This document shows positions 10,089-20,179 of a DNA stretch of 64,000 nucleotides, one piece after another. This DNA is from an uncultured Oscillibacter sp. (lineage in GTDB: Bacteria > Bacillota > Clostridia > Oscillospirales > Oscillospiraceae), in contig CAMBKF010000005.1 of the NCBI GenBank assembly GCA_945868085.1, positions 5,507 through 69,506 on the forward strand, read 5' to 3'. The number at the start of each line of letters is the position of its first letter. The stretch's first letter is position 1. The position numbers and the translations under genes are program-made. Under the pieces are notes generated by a model. That model searched no databases. It worked only from the letters and a program-made list of their open reading frames with translations, and was not told where the DNA came from.

Positions 10089-10123
10089 AAAAGAAAGACA
10101 CCCGTAAGGGTGTCTTTCTTTTT
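10088..10123. terminator. Bidirectional intrinsic terminator
   Basis: AAAAGAAAGACACCC-GTAA-GGGTGTCTTTCTTTT. Confidence 0.85.
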
Positions 10124-10145
10124 GGATTTGAATATGCAGAACGCC

Positions 10146-11459
10146 TTACCGGGCGGCATGGGCGGCGCGGCGCTTTTTCCATGTGGAGCGCAGCAGATGC
10201 CACGGGGGCAGCAGGTACAGAAAACAGGCCAGCAGCACCGCCCCGGACGGGGCACCTACGGCATCCAGCGGCACCGCGCAGGCGATGGACCACGGGACCA
10301 GGGGCGCCACCACCACGGCGGAATCCTCCAGCGCCAGGGCCAGGGCAGAACGGTCCGGCTCCGTGTCCCCGGCCAGCTGCTGAGTCAGCATGATGGTCAG
10401 GGTCTGATTGCAGGCGATGAGGCCCGACACCACGGACGTGAGCAGAATGGCGAAAAAGGGCGTTGTATGATCCGCCAGGCGGCTGATATGGGATTTAAGC
10501 TTCGTCAGCAGGCCGGTATTCTGAAAAATCCCCGCATAGGCGGAGGAGATGCAGACGATGACGGCCACCTTCAGCATGGAGACGATGCCGCCGCCGTCGA
10601 GCATCCGGGCCACGTCCTCCTGCCCGGCGGCAAAGCCCCAGAAAAGCAGGCGGGGCAGGTCCCGGAGGGCCGTATGCTGCACCAGCAGGCACACAGGCAG
10701 GGCCGAGAGAATGCTGGCGGCCATAGATATCCGCACCCGCACCTTGCACAGAGACAGCAGCAAAAGCACCGCGGCGGGAAGGATGGCATAGGGGGAGAGG
10801 ACAAACTCCCGGGCGAAAACGGCGGAAAGGTCCGGGACGCTGCCGCCGGCGCTGGTCAGGAGCCCCAGGACGGCGTAAATGCCGCCCGTCAGGAGGAACG
10901 GGACCAGGGATGAGCGCAGCATCCTCTTAATGTTGGCAAAGATGTCCGTTTCCGTCACGGCGGCCGTCAAAAGGGCGCTGGTGGAGACAGGGGAGCAGCG
11001 GTCCCCGAAGTAGATCCCCGAGAGGATGGCGCCGCCCATAAGCATCGGCGACACCCCCAGGCTCATGCCCATGGTGCTGCAGATGACGCCCATGGTCGCC
11101 GCCGTGCCGAAGGACGTGCCCGTGAGCACGGAGATCAGGCAATTCAGCAAAAACGCCATGAGCAGGAACACCGCCGGGCGGATGGCCCGGGCCGCAAAGC
11201 ACACGATGACCGGGATCGTGCCGGCCTGGCGCCACAGGGCCGTCAGCATGCCGATGAAAACAAACGTGAGCAGCACATCCTTGGCCGTCTTGATGCCGGA
11301 AACGGAAAAGCGGCAAACGCTGCGCAGAGAATAGCCCGCGCGAAGGCCATACAGGACAAATATCAGCAGCCCCGCCAGCATGGCATACACAATGGAGACA
11401 TCCAGCAGGAGGCATATCAGCAGCGCCGCGCAGAACAGGAGAATCGACAGGTATTCCAT
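10146..11459 (-). CDS. NhaC-family Na+/H+ antiporter / ion transporter
   Basis: GTIP, TGTSFGTAATMG, GAILSGIYFGDRCSPVS, LEDS..LVPW; about 12 TM; RBS GGAGG. Confidence 0.88.
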   Translation of the reverse strand: MEYLSILLFCAALLICLLLDVSIVYAMLAGLLIFVLYGLRAGYSLRSVCRFSVSGIKTAKDVLLTFVFIGMLTALWRQAGTIPVIVCFAARAIRPAVFLLMAFLLNCLISVLTGTSFGTAATMGVICSTMGMSLGVSPMLMGGAILSGIYFGDRCSPVSTSALLTAAVTETDIFANIKRMLRSSLVPFLLTGGIYAVLGLLTSAGGSVPDLSAVFAREFVLSPYAILPAAVLLLLSLCKVRVRISMAASILSALPVCLLVQHTALRDLPRLLFWGFAAGQEDVARMLDGGGIVSMLKVAVIVCISSAYAGIFQNTGLLTKLKSHISRLADHTTPFFAILLTSVVSGLIACNQTLTIMLTQQLAGDTEPDRSALALALEDSAVVVAPLVPWSIACAVPLDAVGAPSGAVLLACFLYLLPPWHLLRSTWKKRRAAHAAR

Positions 11460-11618
11460 AGAAATGCCCTCCCAGAGGTTGGAAATTCTTTGGCCAGCAT
11501 AGCAGATTCTGTCGATATATGCAAGTTCTTTGTGCGGCGGAGAAGGCAATAAACATAAGCAGGCGCCCCGATGGGGCGCCTGCTTTATGTCTATTCTTAT
11601 TTTTGTCTATGGACGGGG

Positions 11619-12203
11619 TCACAGAGCGGCCATTTCTGCGGCGACGCTCTCCTCACAAGAGCGCATGGCCTCCAGGGTCTTTTCCAGCAGCTCATCCAGC
11701 TCCCAGCCCAGGCGCTCGGCACCGGTGATGATCACATCCCGGGAACAGCCGGCGGCGAACTTCTTATCCTTGAACTTCTTCTTGATGCTCTTGAGCTCCA
11801 TGTCCTGCACGCTCTTGCTGGGGCGCATGAGGGCGGCGGCGCCGATAAGGCCCGTAAGCTCGTCGGCGGCGAAGAGCACCTTTTCCATCTCATGAACCGG
11901 CTCTACATCGCAGCACAGGCCATAGCCGTGGCTGCACACGGCGTGGATGAACTCCTCACTGCAGCCGGCCTCCTGCAGCAGCTCCGGAGCCTTGACGCAG
12001 TGCTGCTCCGGCCACTGCTCAAAGTCAATATCGTGGAGCAGACCCACGGTGGCCCAGAAATCCGCATCCTCCCCGTAGCCCAGCTGGTTTGCATACCAGC
12101 GCATGACACCCTCTACGGTCAGGCCGTGCTGGATGTGAAACGGCTCCTTATTATACTTCTTCAGTGCGGCAAGAGCCGCATCTCTGCTGATACACTCTTT
12201 CAT
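11619..12203 (-). CDS. HD-domain (HDIG-type) hydrolase
   Basis: H..VE..MR, GLLHDIDFE, SHG, AADELTGLI, KFKDKKFAAG. Confidence 0.88.
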   Translation of the reverse strand: MKECISRDAALAALKKYNKEPFHIQHGLTVEGVMRWYANQLGYGEDADFWATVGLLHDIDFEQWPEQHCVKAPELLQEAGCSEEFIHAVCSHGYGLCCDVEPVHEMEKVLFAADELTGLIGAAALMRPSKSVQDMELKSIKKKFKDKKFAAGCSRDVIITGAERLGWELDELLEKTLEAMRSCEESVAAEMAAL

Positions 12204-12274
12204 AAAGGGCATCCTCCTTATATGGATTTTGCCCTATTGTAGCAGTAAATTTCGCTTATTGCAAGACCTATCTT

Positions 12275-12811
12275 TTAAATCGACATTTGTTTTTCCAGAA
12301 GAGACAGGATCTGCCGGGCGTGGCGGTATTCATCCCGGGACAGCTCCAGGAAGATCTCCGTCAGGCACTCGTCGGTGGTCTCCTCCGAGGCCCGGCGGTA
12401 ATTCAGGCCCCCGCAGCTCTCCTCGTGGTACAGCAGGCGCAGGATCTCCCGCCAGGAGGATGCGCACTTCTCCCCCGGCTGCGGCACCGCCGGGCAATAG
12501 ATCTGGCCGGTAATAAGATAGTACACGCCCATGAGCCGCCGGGCGTGGCCCCCCTCCTCCGCCGCCAGTCGGCGCATAAGCTGCCGGGCCATGGGGGAGG
12601 GCGCCATGGCGGCGTAGGTCAGGTAGCCCCGCCGGTCCGACAGCTCCTCCTCGATAAAGCCCCGGATGACCTCCACATCCTGCTGCGCGTTCACCCCCAT
12701 GCAGCACACATTCACCGCGTCCTGGGCCGCATCCGTCGGATATGGCTGCAGGGTGGGATCCACCCGCTGCCAAATCGCCCTCTTTTGCTCTACGGTCTGA
12801 TGATTCTCCAT
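12275..12811 (-). CDS. Ferritin-like / rubrerythrin-like protein
   Basis: Two ExxH-type sites (EEGGH, DEYRH) with helical spacing. Confidence 0.7.
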   Translation of the reverse strand: MENHQTVEQKRAIWQRVDPTLQPYPTDAAQDAVNVCCMGVNAQQDVEVIRGFIEEELSDRRGYLTYAAMAPSPMARQLMRRLAAEEGGHARRLMGVYYLITGQIYCPAVPQPGEKCASSWREILRLLYHEESCGGLNYRRASEETTDECLTEIFLELSRDEYRHARQILSLLEKQMSI

Positions 12812-12912
12812 GCCAGCACCCCTTTCTCTGCCATCCATTGTATGCACCATAGGATGGACGCTTTACTTTTTGAGGAAAATCCGATACACTGGGGAAAAGG
12901 AGTGTGTTTGCC

Positions 12913-13674
12913 ATGACATTGCAGCAACTGAGGTACGCCGTGACCGTGGCCGAGTGCGGCACCATCAGCGCCGCCGCCGAAAAGTTGTTCATCTCCCAGG
13001 CCCAGCTGATGCAGGAGCGGTTCGGCGGCCAGGAACAGGGGGAAAAGCGCTTTGCCGTGTCCAGCCAGCACTTTAACTTCACGGTCTGGGCTTTCACCCA
13101 GCTTGTGCAGCGGCTGCCCAACCAGCGATACAACCTCCACTTCCGGGAGACCACCACCTACGAGGTGCTGGAGGATGTGAGCCAGCTGCGCAGTGAGATC
13201 GGTGTGCTGGCCCTCAACGAGGACAACGAACGCTACCTGCGCCGCCTGTTCAGCAAGCTGGAACTGGAGTTCACAGAGCTAAAGCGTGTGCGCGCATCCA
13301 TTATTATGTCTGCGGAACACCCTCTGGCCGGGCACAGGTCCGTGACAGTGGAGGATGTGATCCCCTACCCCTGCATCACCTTTGAGCAGGGAGAACACAA
13401 TGAGCTGTTCTTTTTTGAGGGACTTTCTGCCGCCGCCCAGTCCCCCCGCCGCATCTGCGTCCGGGAGCGGGCCACCGAGTACCAGCTTCTGCAGGAACTG
13501 AACGGATTCTGCCCGGATGTGGGCGTGGTCTCCCCGGCTATGCCGAATTTTATCAGCGTGCCGCTGCTGCCGGAGAAGTATCACTCTATCGGCTATATCC
13601 TGCGCAGGGATATGACCCCCTCCCCCATGACGCTGGAGTACATCGCGGCCCTGCAGGAAGCGGCGTCGGTATAG
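12913..13674 (+). pseudogene. LysR-family regulator (CmbR/CysR-like) with an in-frame deletion of most of the HTH; probably non-functional
   Basis: MTLQQLRY..GTISAAAEKLFISQ jumps directly to AQLMQERF; the QPSLT..I..LE..G..IF.R segment is absent; 253 aa versus about 300 typical. Confidence 0.75.
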
Positions 13675-13686
13675 AAAAAAACTATA
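13670..13686. promoter_or_regulatory. LysR-type operator (TATAG-N7-CTATA)
   Basis: Perfect dyad TATAGAAAAAAACTATA overlapping the lysR stop codon, upstream of a small gene. Confidence 0.55.
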
Positions 13687-13776
13687 TACAACTTAGTTTT
13701 TGCGTATTTTACAAATAACAGATCTTTCCTTATACTGAAGGCAACAAAACAAAATGCTGAAAGGAGATCTGAAATC

Positions 13777-13950
13777 ATGAAAAAAAATATCGCTGTTCGC
13801 GCGGTGGCCGCTGTGGCCCTGCTGGCCGTGATCATCCTGACGCTGGTATCCCTGCTGACCGGGAGCCACAACGTTTTCACTCAGGTCACCGGTCTGCTGT
13901 TCGGCTTTATGCTGTTTGGCGAACTGAGCCTGGTATGCTCCCTGCTCTGA
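13777..13950 (+). CDS. Small two-TM membrane protein (57 aa), not in the ORF track
   Basis: RBS AAAGGAG; MKKNIAVRAVAAVALLAVIILTLVSLLTGSHNVFTQVTGLLFGFMLFGELSLVCSLL; terminator GCCCGGTGAGCC..GGCTCACCGGGC-ATTTTT at about 13978-14011. Confidence 0.75.
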   Translation: MKKNIAVRAVAAVALLAVIILTLVSLLTGSHNVFTQVTGLLFGFMLFGELSLVCSLL

Positions 13951-14056
13951 CACCGCTTCGTTTTCTCTCTCCACCCCGCCCGGTGAGCCCTCCGGCTCAC
14001 CGGGCATTTTTGCGGCCATTTTGCCTTGGCAGCCCGTTGAACGTACACATCCATGC

Positions 14057-14407
14057 GGGCGGGGCAGAGCCCCACCCCTACGCACAGCAAGGCACCCCTG
14101 TATCGGGCGGACAGGGGCGTCCGCCCCTACAAAACGTTGGGAGATAAGATGTACGCCCACCGGGCGGCGGGGTGTGGGCACCCCGCCCTACGAAGGACAA
14201 GGGATGCCATTCGGCGGGGCGATGTGGGCATCGCCCCCTACGCAGGGCCCCGGAGAACGGATTGCCACACCAGTGACGTCGGTCACTGGTTCGCAATGAC
14301 AGCATTTTTACCAGGGGTGCATACAAGCGGGGCGGGGCGATGTGGGCACCCCGCCCTACGGGCTTTCTGCGCCTACCGGGCGGGGCGATGTGGGCATCGC
14401 TCCCTAC
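14057..14407. repeat. REP-like palindrome cluster (six GTAG-tagged units plus one GGATTGCCAC..TTCGCAATGACA unit)
   Basis: Repeated hairpins each ending CCCTAC on the + strand. Confidence 0.85.
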
Positions 14408-14632
14408 GGATGGGTCGGAACCTGGCGCGGCCGGGACGATGGGCGCGCATTGGGGGTGTAAAATTTTCCTGGACAGGGAAAAATAGAACGGGGCGGATTG
14501 CTTTTGCCCGGCGATTCTGCTATAATAAAATTTGTATGTGTCGAAATATGTCTTTTGGTGCAATTGCAACATTGAAAAGGGACATTATTTGATATAGTAC
14601 GGATGAGAAAACCTCAGAAGGAGGAAGGATTC

Positions 14633-15373
14633 ATGTTAGAGCTGAAAAACATCTGCTACCGCGTCTCCACCCCGGAGGGCGAGGCAGATATTCTCAACCA
14701 CATCGACCTGGTGATCCCCGACCACAAGCTGGTGGTATTTACGGGCCCCAACGGCGGCGGCAAGACCACCCTGGCCAAGGTCATCATGGGCCTGGTGCAG
14801 CCCACGGAGGGACAGATCCTCTACAACGGCCGGGATGTGACGGGCCTGTCCATCACAGAGCGGGCCAGGCTCGGCATCAGCTACGGGTTCCAGCAGCCCC
14901 CCCGCTTCAAGGGCATCACCGTCCACGACCTGCTGCTGTTGGCGGCGGGCAGCGAAAAGCTCTCCAAGGACCGCTGCTGCCAATATCTGACCCGGGTGGG
15001 CCTGTGCGCCAACGACTATCTGGACCGGGAGGTGGACGTGTCCCTCTCCGGCGGCGAGGTCAAGCGCATTGAGATCGCCACCATCCTGGCGCGGAACAGT
15101 CAGCTGATGATCTTTGACGAGCCGGAGGCGGGCATCGACCTGTGGAGCTTCGCCCGGCTCACGGAGACCTTTGAACAGATCCACCAGGAGGGCAGATCCA
15201 CCATGATCATCATCTCCCACCAGGAGCGCATTATCCAGCTGGCGGACGAGATCATCGTGGTGTCAAACGGCTCTATCGCCCACCGGGGCACCACGGAGGA
15301 GATCTTCCCCCTGATCCTGGCGGACACCCTGGGCACTTGCCCGGTTCTGGAGAAAAAGGAGGTCAAGCTATGA
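14633..15373 (+). CDS. sufC: SufC-like ABC ATPase
   Basis: GPNGGGKTT, ITERARLGI..FQQP, LSGGEVKRIEI, DEPEAGID. Confidence 0.85.
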   Translation: MLELKNICYRVSTPEGEADILNHIDLVIPDHKLVVFTGPNGGGKTTLAKVIMGLVQPTEGQILYNGRDVTGLSITERARLGISYGFQQPPRFKGITVHDLLLLAAGSEKLSKDRCCQYLTRVGLCANDYLDREVDVSLSGGEVKRIEIATILARNSQLMIFDEPEAGIDLWSFARLTETFEQIHQEGRSTMIIISHQERIIQLADEIIVVSNGSIAHRGTTEEIFPLILADTLGTCPVLEKKEVKL

Positions 15374-16299
15374 TTACCGACATCGACGCCAAGCTGCTGG
15401 AAAAGATCGCTGATCTCACCGGTAAGCCCGTGGGCGCCTTCAACATCCGCAAGGACAGCGGCTGCGAGGCACGGCAGTCCACCGAGCACATCGAGATCAC
15501 CCCCAAGACCGACGGCAAGCAGGGCATTGACATCCGCGTGAAGCCCGGCACCAAGGGCGAGCAGTGCCACATCCCCGTTATCATCAGCAAGACGGGTCTG
15601 TCTGAGCTGGTGTACAACGACTTCTACATCGGCGACGACTGCGATGTGGAGATCGTAGCCGGCTGCGGCATCCACAACTCCGGCTGCAATGAGAGCCGCC
15701 ACGACGGCGTACACACCTTCTACATCGGCAAAAACAGCCGGGTACACTACTCCGAAAAGCACTACGGCGAGGACGCCCCCGGCGAGACCGGCCGCAACAT
15801 CATGAATCCCCAGACCATCGTACACCTGGGGGAGAACTCCACCATGCAGATGGACACCATCCAGATCCGCGGCATCGACTCCACCAAGCGGGACACCCGC
15901 TTCTACTGCGAGAAGGGCAGCGAGGTGGTGGTCACCGAGCGGCTGCTGACCCACGGCAAGCAGGAGGCCGAGAGCGACATGCTCATTGAGCTCAACGGTG
16001 AAGACGCCAAGGGACGGGTCATCTCCCGGTCCGTGGCACAGGACGAGAGCAAGCAGGTGTTCCACCCGGTGATGGTGGGCAACAGCCAGTGCTTCGGCCA
16101 TGTCCAGTGCGACTCCATCATCATGGGCAGCGCCCACATTCAGTCCATCCCCGCTATCACCGCCAACTGCCCCGATGCCCAGCTCATCCACGAGGCCGCC
16201 ATCGGCAAAATTGCCGGCGACCAGCTGCTGAAGCTGGAGACCCTGGGGCTGACCCCGGAGGAGGCCGAGGAGACCATCCTCAAGGGTTTTTTGGCGTAA
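15370..16299 (+). CDS. SufB/SufD-family Fe-S assembly protein
   Basis: Beta-helix repeats, GHVQCDSII, IHEAAIGKIA..L..LGL..EEAE..I..GFL. Confidence 0.88.
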   Translation: MITDIDAKLLEKIADLTGKPVGAFNIRKDSGCEARQSTEHIEITPKTDGKQGIDIRVKPGTKGEQCHIPVIISKTGLSELVYNDFYIGDDCDVEIVAGCGIHNSGCNESRHDGVHTFYIGKNSRVHYSEKHYGEDAPGETGRNIMNPQTIVHLGENSTMQMDTIQIRGIDSTKRDTRFYCEKGSEVVVTERLLTHGKQEAESDMLIELNGEDAKGRVISRSVAQDESKQVFHPVMVGNSQCFGHVQCDSIIMGSAHIQSIPAITANCPDAQLIHEAAIGKIAGDQLLKLETLGLTPEEAEETILKGFLA

Positions 16300-16311
16300 A
16301 TTTCTATGAGA

Positions 16312-16358
16312 AATGCGAAAAAGAAGACCGCCCACACGGGCGGTCTTCTTTTTCGCAT
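16312..16358. terminator. Bidirectional intrinsic terminator
   Basis: ATGCGAAAAAGAAGACCGCCC-ACAC-GGGCGGTCTTCTTTTTCGCAT. Confidence 0.85.
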
Positions 16359-16362
16359 AAAA

Positions 16363-19005
16363 TCAGCTGTGCTTTCTCTTGGCGGCGCGGCGCTGGAAGA
16401 ACTTCACCAGCTCCACCACCGGGATCACCAGCACGGCCAGAGCCAGGGCGATGCCGTATTCGGCCCAGCCCACGGGGGTGAAGCCGAAGGCATCGGCGAT
16501 GGGCTTTACCTCCAGGACCAGGGTGGTAATGAGGAGGCTGCCGATCATGGCCGCCCACAGGACCTTATTATGGCTGCGGCTGGAAAAAATGCTGCGGCGC
16601 TGGAAGCGCATATTGAAGCTGTGGAAAATTTCGCACATGCTCATGGTCAAAAAGGCCATGGTCATGCCGTGGGGCGAGACGCCGGAGGGCATCTCGAAGC
16701 AGCCCGCCTCCACACAGTGGCCGATGATATAGGAGGCCAGGGTGATAACGGTGATGAGCACGCCCTGGTACACTACATCAAAGCCCAGGCCGCCGGAGAA
16801 GATGCCGTCATGGCTGTCCCGGGGCGGACGATCCATGACATCCAGCTCCGCCCGCTCCAGGCCCAGGGCCAGGGCCGGGAAGCAGTCGGTGATGAGGTTG
16901 ATAAACAGCAGATGCACCGGCCCCAGGAGGGTGAAGCCCAGGAGGGTAGCAGTGAACACCCCAAGCACCTCGCTCATGTTGGAGGCCAGGAGGAACTGGA
17001 TGGTCTTGCGGATGTTATCATAGATGCGGCGGCCCTCGCCCACGGCGCCCACGATGGTGGCGAAGTTATCGTCGGAAAGGACCATGTCCGCCACGTTCTT
17101 GGTGACGTCGGTACCGGTGATGCCCATGCCCACGCCGATGTCGGCGGTTTTGATGCTGGGAGCATCGTTGACGCCGTCGCCGGTCATGGCGGTGATGGTG
17201 CCGCGCTTTTTCCAGGCGGTGACAATGCGGACCTTGTGCTCCGGCTGGACCCGGGCATAGACGCTGTACTTAGGCACGATCTCTGCCAGCTGCTCATCCG
17301 TGAAGGCATCGAGCTCGCTGCCGGTGATGGCCTGGTCGGCGGAATCCAGAATATCCAGCTCCTTAGCGATGGCCACGGCGGTATCCTTATGGTCGCCGGT
17401 GATCATCACCGGGCGGATGCCCGCCCGGCGGCACTGATGGATGGCGTCCTTCACCTCCGGGCGCACGGGGTCGATCATGCCCGCAAGGCCAACGAAGCAC
17501 AGATCCCGCTCCAGGATCTCGGGGCTGATGTCCTCGGGCAGGGCATCGCCCCAGCTGCGCTGGGCGGCGGCCAGGACCCGCAGGGCCCGGTCGGCCATGG
17601 CCTTATTCTCCTGCAGGATGGACTGGCGCTTTTCCTCGGTCATGGGGTGTACTGTGCCATTTTCCACATAAGCGGTGCAGAGGCGCAGCACCTCGTCCGG
17701 GGCGCCCTTGGTGTACTGGAGGAAGCCGCCGTCGATCTCATGGACGGTGGACATCATTTTGCGGGAGGAGTCGAAGGGGGCCTCGGCCACTCGGGGCTGC
17801 TGCGCCTCCAAGGCGGGCTTTTTCAGACCCTCTGCGGCGGCGAAATTCACCAGGGCCGCCTCCGTAGGCTCGCCCTGGGCCCCCTCCTCTGCCCAGGCAG
17901 CGTCGCTGCACAGGGCCATGGCCGTGGCCAGAAGGCGGGTCTCACCGGTATGGTCCACCACGGTCATCTTATTCTGGGTGAGGGTGCCGGTCTTATCGGA
18001 ACAGATGACCTGGGTGCAGCCCAGGGTCTCCACCGCCGTCAGGCGGCGGATCACCGCACCGCGCCTACTCATATTGGTGACGCCGATGGACAGCACCACC
18101 GTCACCACTGTGGCCAGGCCCTCGGGTATGGCGGCCACGGCCAGGGACACGGCCACCATGAAGGTCTTGAGAATGGACTCCAGGGAGTAGTCGCCCGCAA
18201 CCAGGAGGTCAAAAATGAAGATGAACACGCAGATGGCCAGCACCAGGTAGGACAGGGTCTTACCCAGCTGGGTGAGCTTGCGCTGGAGCGGCGTCTCCTC
18301 CTGCTCCGTCCGGGCCAGGACGCCGGCGATCTTGCCCATTTCGGTGTCCATGGCCGTGGCGGTGATAACGGCGCTGCCACGGCCATAGACCACGGTGGAG
18401 CCCATGTAGCACATGTTCTTCCGGTCGCCCAGGGGGACATCGCCCTGGGCGGTGATAGCCTCGGCGGTCTTATTCACCGGGACGCTCTCGCCGGTGAGGG
18501 CGGCCTCCTCCATTTTCAGGGAGGCAGACTCCAGCAGGCGGCCGTCGGCGGGGACGGCGTCCCCGGCCTCCAGGACCACCACGTCCCCGGGCACCAGGTC
18601 GGCGCTGGGAAGCACGGTGACCTTGCCGTCCCGCAGCACCTTGCTGGTGGCGGCGGTCATGGTCTGGAGGGCCTCAATGGCGGCCTCGGCCTTACTCTCC
18701 TGCACCACGCCCAATACGGCGTTGAGCAGCACCACCACCAGGATGATGAACACCTCCGTAAGGCTCTCGTGGGAGAGGATGCTGGTGACGGCGGACACGG
18801 CGGCGGCGGCCAGCAGGATCAGCAGCATGGGGTCCTTCAGCTGCTGCACAAGGCGCTGGAAATTGGTGATCTTCCTGGCTTCCTGCAGGCGATTGGGGCC
18901 GTGCTTTGCCAGGCGGGCGGCGGCCTCCTCCCCGCTCAGGCCCCGGGGCGAGCTGCCCTGGGCGGAAAGCACTTCTTCCGTGGTTTGCAGATATTCCGGT
19001 TTCAT
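16363..19005 (-). CDS. P2A-type cation-transporting ATPase (Ca2+/Mn2+)
   Basis: LTGES, AIPEGL, DKTGTLT, KGAP, MITGD, TGDGVNDAP. Confidence 0.95.
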   Translation of the reverse strand: MKPEYLQTTEEVLSAQGSSPRGLSGEEAAARLAKHGPNRLQEARKITNFQRLVQQLKDPMLLILLAAAAVSAVTSILSHESLTEVFIILVVVLLNAVLGVVQESKAEAAIEALQTMTAATSKVLRDGKVTVLPSADLVPGDVVVLEAGDAVPADGRLLESASLKMEEAALTGESVPVNKTAEAITAQGDVPLGDRKNMCYMGSTVVYGRGSAVITATAMDTEMGKIAGVLARTEQEETPLQRKLTQLGKTLSYLVLAICVFIFIFDLLVAGDYSLESILKTFMVAVSLAVAAIPEGLATVVTVVLSIGVTNMSRRGAVIRRLTAVETLGCTQVICSDKTGTLTQNKMTVVDHTGETRLLATAMALCSDAAWAEEGAQGEPTEAALVNFAAAEGLKKPALEAQQPRVAEAPFDSSRKMMSTVHEIDGGFLQYTKGAPDEVLRLCTAYVENGTVHPMTEEKRQSILQENKAMADRALRVLAAAQRSWGDALPEDISPEILERDLCFVGLAGMIDPVRPEVKDAIHQCRRAGIRPVMITGDHKDTAVAIAKELDILDSADQAITGSELDAFTDEQLAEIVPKYSVYARVQPEHKVRIVTAWKKRGTITAMTGDGVNDAPSIKTADIGVGMGITGTDVTKNVADMVLSDDNFATIVGAVGEGRRIYDNIRKTIQFLLASNMSEVLGVFTATLLGFTLLGPVHLLFINLITDCFPALALGLERAELDVMDRPPRDSHDGIFSGGLGFDVVYQGVLITVITLASYIIGHCVEAGCFEMPSGVSPHGMTMAFLTMSMCEIFHSFNMRFQRRSIFSSRSHNKVLWAAMIGSLLITTLVLEVKPIADAFGFTPVGWAEYGIALALAVLVIPVVELVKFFQRRAAKRKHS

Positions 19006-19034
19006 AGTTTCCTCCTTTTCTGCCCCATGGGCAA

Positions 19035-19172
19035 AACAAAAAGACCCCTACACAGGCACAAAGCGGCCTATGTATGAGTCTCATTCTTTCAAGACAGCCC
19101 GGGCCCCGGGGGGCCGTACTGACGGGTCTGGCTCATCCCGCAGGGCAGGATGGAATTACTCCCTCAATGTGG
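19035..19172 (-). promoter_or_regulatory. yybP-ykoY (Mn2+-sensing) riboswitch with terminator platform
   Basis: Minus strand: GAGGGAGTAA..CGTCAGTAC..TGAGACTC followed by hairpin GACTCATACATAGGC..GCCTGTGTAGGGGTC-TTTTT in the ATPase leader. Confidence 0.8.
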
Positions 19173-19345
19173 AAATCAATTTGTTCTTCCTATCTTATAC
19201 AAATCATGCCGCATTGTCAAGCCCCCTATGCCGGGAGGGAAAAATTCTTGACGGCACTTTTATTATACGGTAAAATGATGCCAGCGAAATTTGACGGATG
19301 CTGCCGGATAGGGCGGCACGAAACAGACCGGAAAGGAGAACTTCC

Positions 19346-19909
19346 ATGTACGATTACGCTTTATATGGTTCCCGCATCAGCACCTTAGGCACCCTGGGCA
19401 TTATTGCCATTCTACTGGCCATTATCGCCACGATGCTGGCCTTCATCTTCATCGTGCCGGCCAAGCGGCGGGAGAAAATGGGCAAATTCGGTAAATTCCT
19501 CCACGACGCATGCAACTTCAAGTTCCTGATCGTGGAGAAGATCCTGCAGGCACTGTATATTTTCTTCACGGCGCTGGTGATCCTGGTGGGCTTTTTCATG
19601 CTGTTCTGCTCCGACTGGAGCGGCTGGATGGGCGGCAAGGGCATCCTGCTGATGATCCTGGGGCCCATCGCCGTGCGCCTGAGCTATGAGCTGGTGATGA
19701 TGGCGGTGCTGGCGGTGAAGAACATCATCAGCATCAACAACAAGCTCCGCAACCAGAACGAGGGCGCGGCGGGCACGGACATCTTTGATCCCGACATGAG
19801 CAGCCTGAAGGAGGCCTTCGGGGTGAAGGAGGAGCAGCCGGCCAAGGCGCAGGCAGCTCCGGCGGAGAGTGCTCCTGTCCAGGAGACGAAGGAAACGCCT
19901 GAACAGTAA
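19346..19909 (+). CDS. Membrane protein (three TM, acidic tail), hypothetical
   Basis: RBS AAAGGAG; FLHD..NFK..IVEKIL..LYI; terminator at about 19933-19965. Confidence 0.8.
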   Translation: MYDYALYGSRISTLGTLGIIAILLAIIATMLAFIFIVPAKRREKMGKFGKFLHDACNFKFLIVEKILQALYIFFTALVILVGFFMLFCSDWSGWMGGKGILLMILGPIAVRLSYELVMMAVLAVKNIISINNKLRNQNEGAAGTDIFDPDMSSLKEAFGVKEEQPAKAQAAPAESAPVQETKETPEQ

Positions 19910-20037
19910 TTGAGATTCATATAGGCGCAGAAGGCCCTCCGGCGGATGCCGGAGGGCCGCTTTTAATTGGGTGGGGAATCAAGTGTTTTCTCCCGGCCGT
20001 ATCCGCACAGGGGCAGCAGCAGGCAAAGGGCCAGCAG

Positions 20038-20120
20038 GGCGGGGCGTCGAGAACGCCGCCCCCTACGGATGTGCTGCAAGGAGTGCAGTGGGCGGGCCCA
20101 TGTGGGCATCGGCCTCTATA
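20038..20120. repeat. REP-like palindromes (two units)
   Basis: GGCGGGGCGTCGAGAACGCCGCCCCCTAC and GGGCCCATGTGGGCATCGGCCTCTAT. Confidence 0.7.
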
Positions 20121-20179
20121 GAGCGGTTTTTTGTGAAAAAACTCCTCCGACCATTGTCGGAGGAGTTTTTATGATCCAA

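Noticed and set aside
14057-14407. Regularly spaced repeats resembling a CRISPR array (also 31167-31567)
   Set aside because: Units differ in sequence, are tagged hairpins found at many intergenic sites, and no cas genes are present; they fit REPs.
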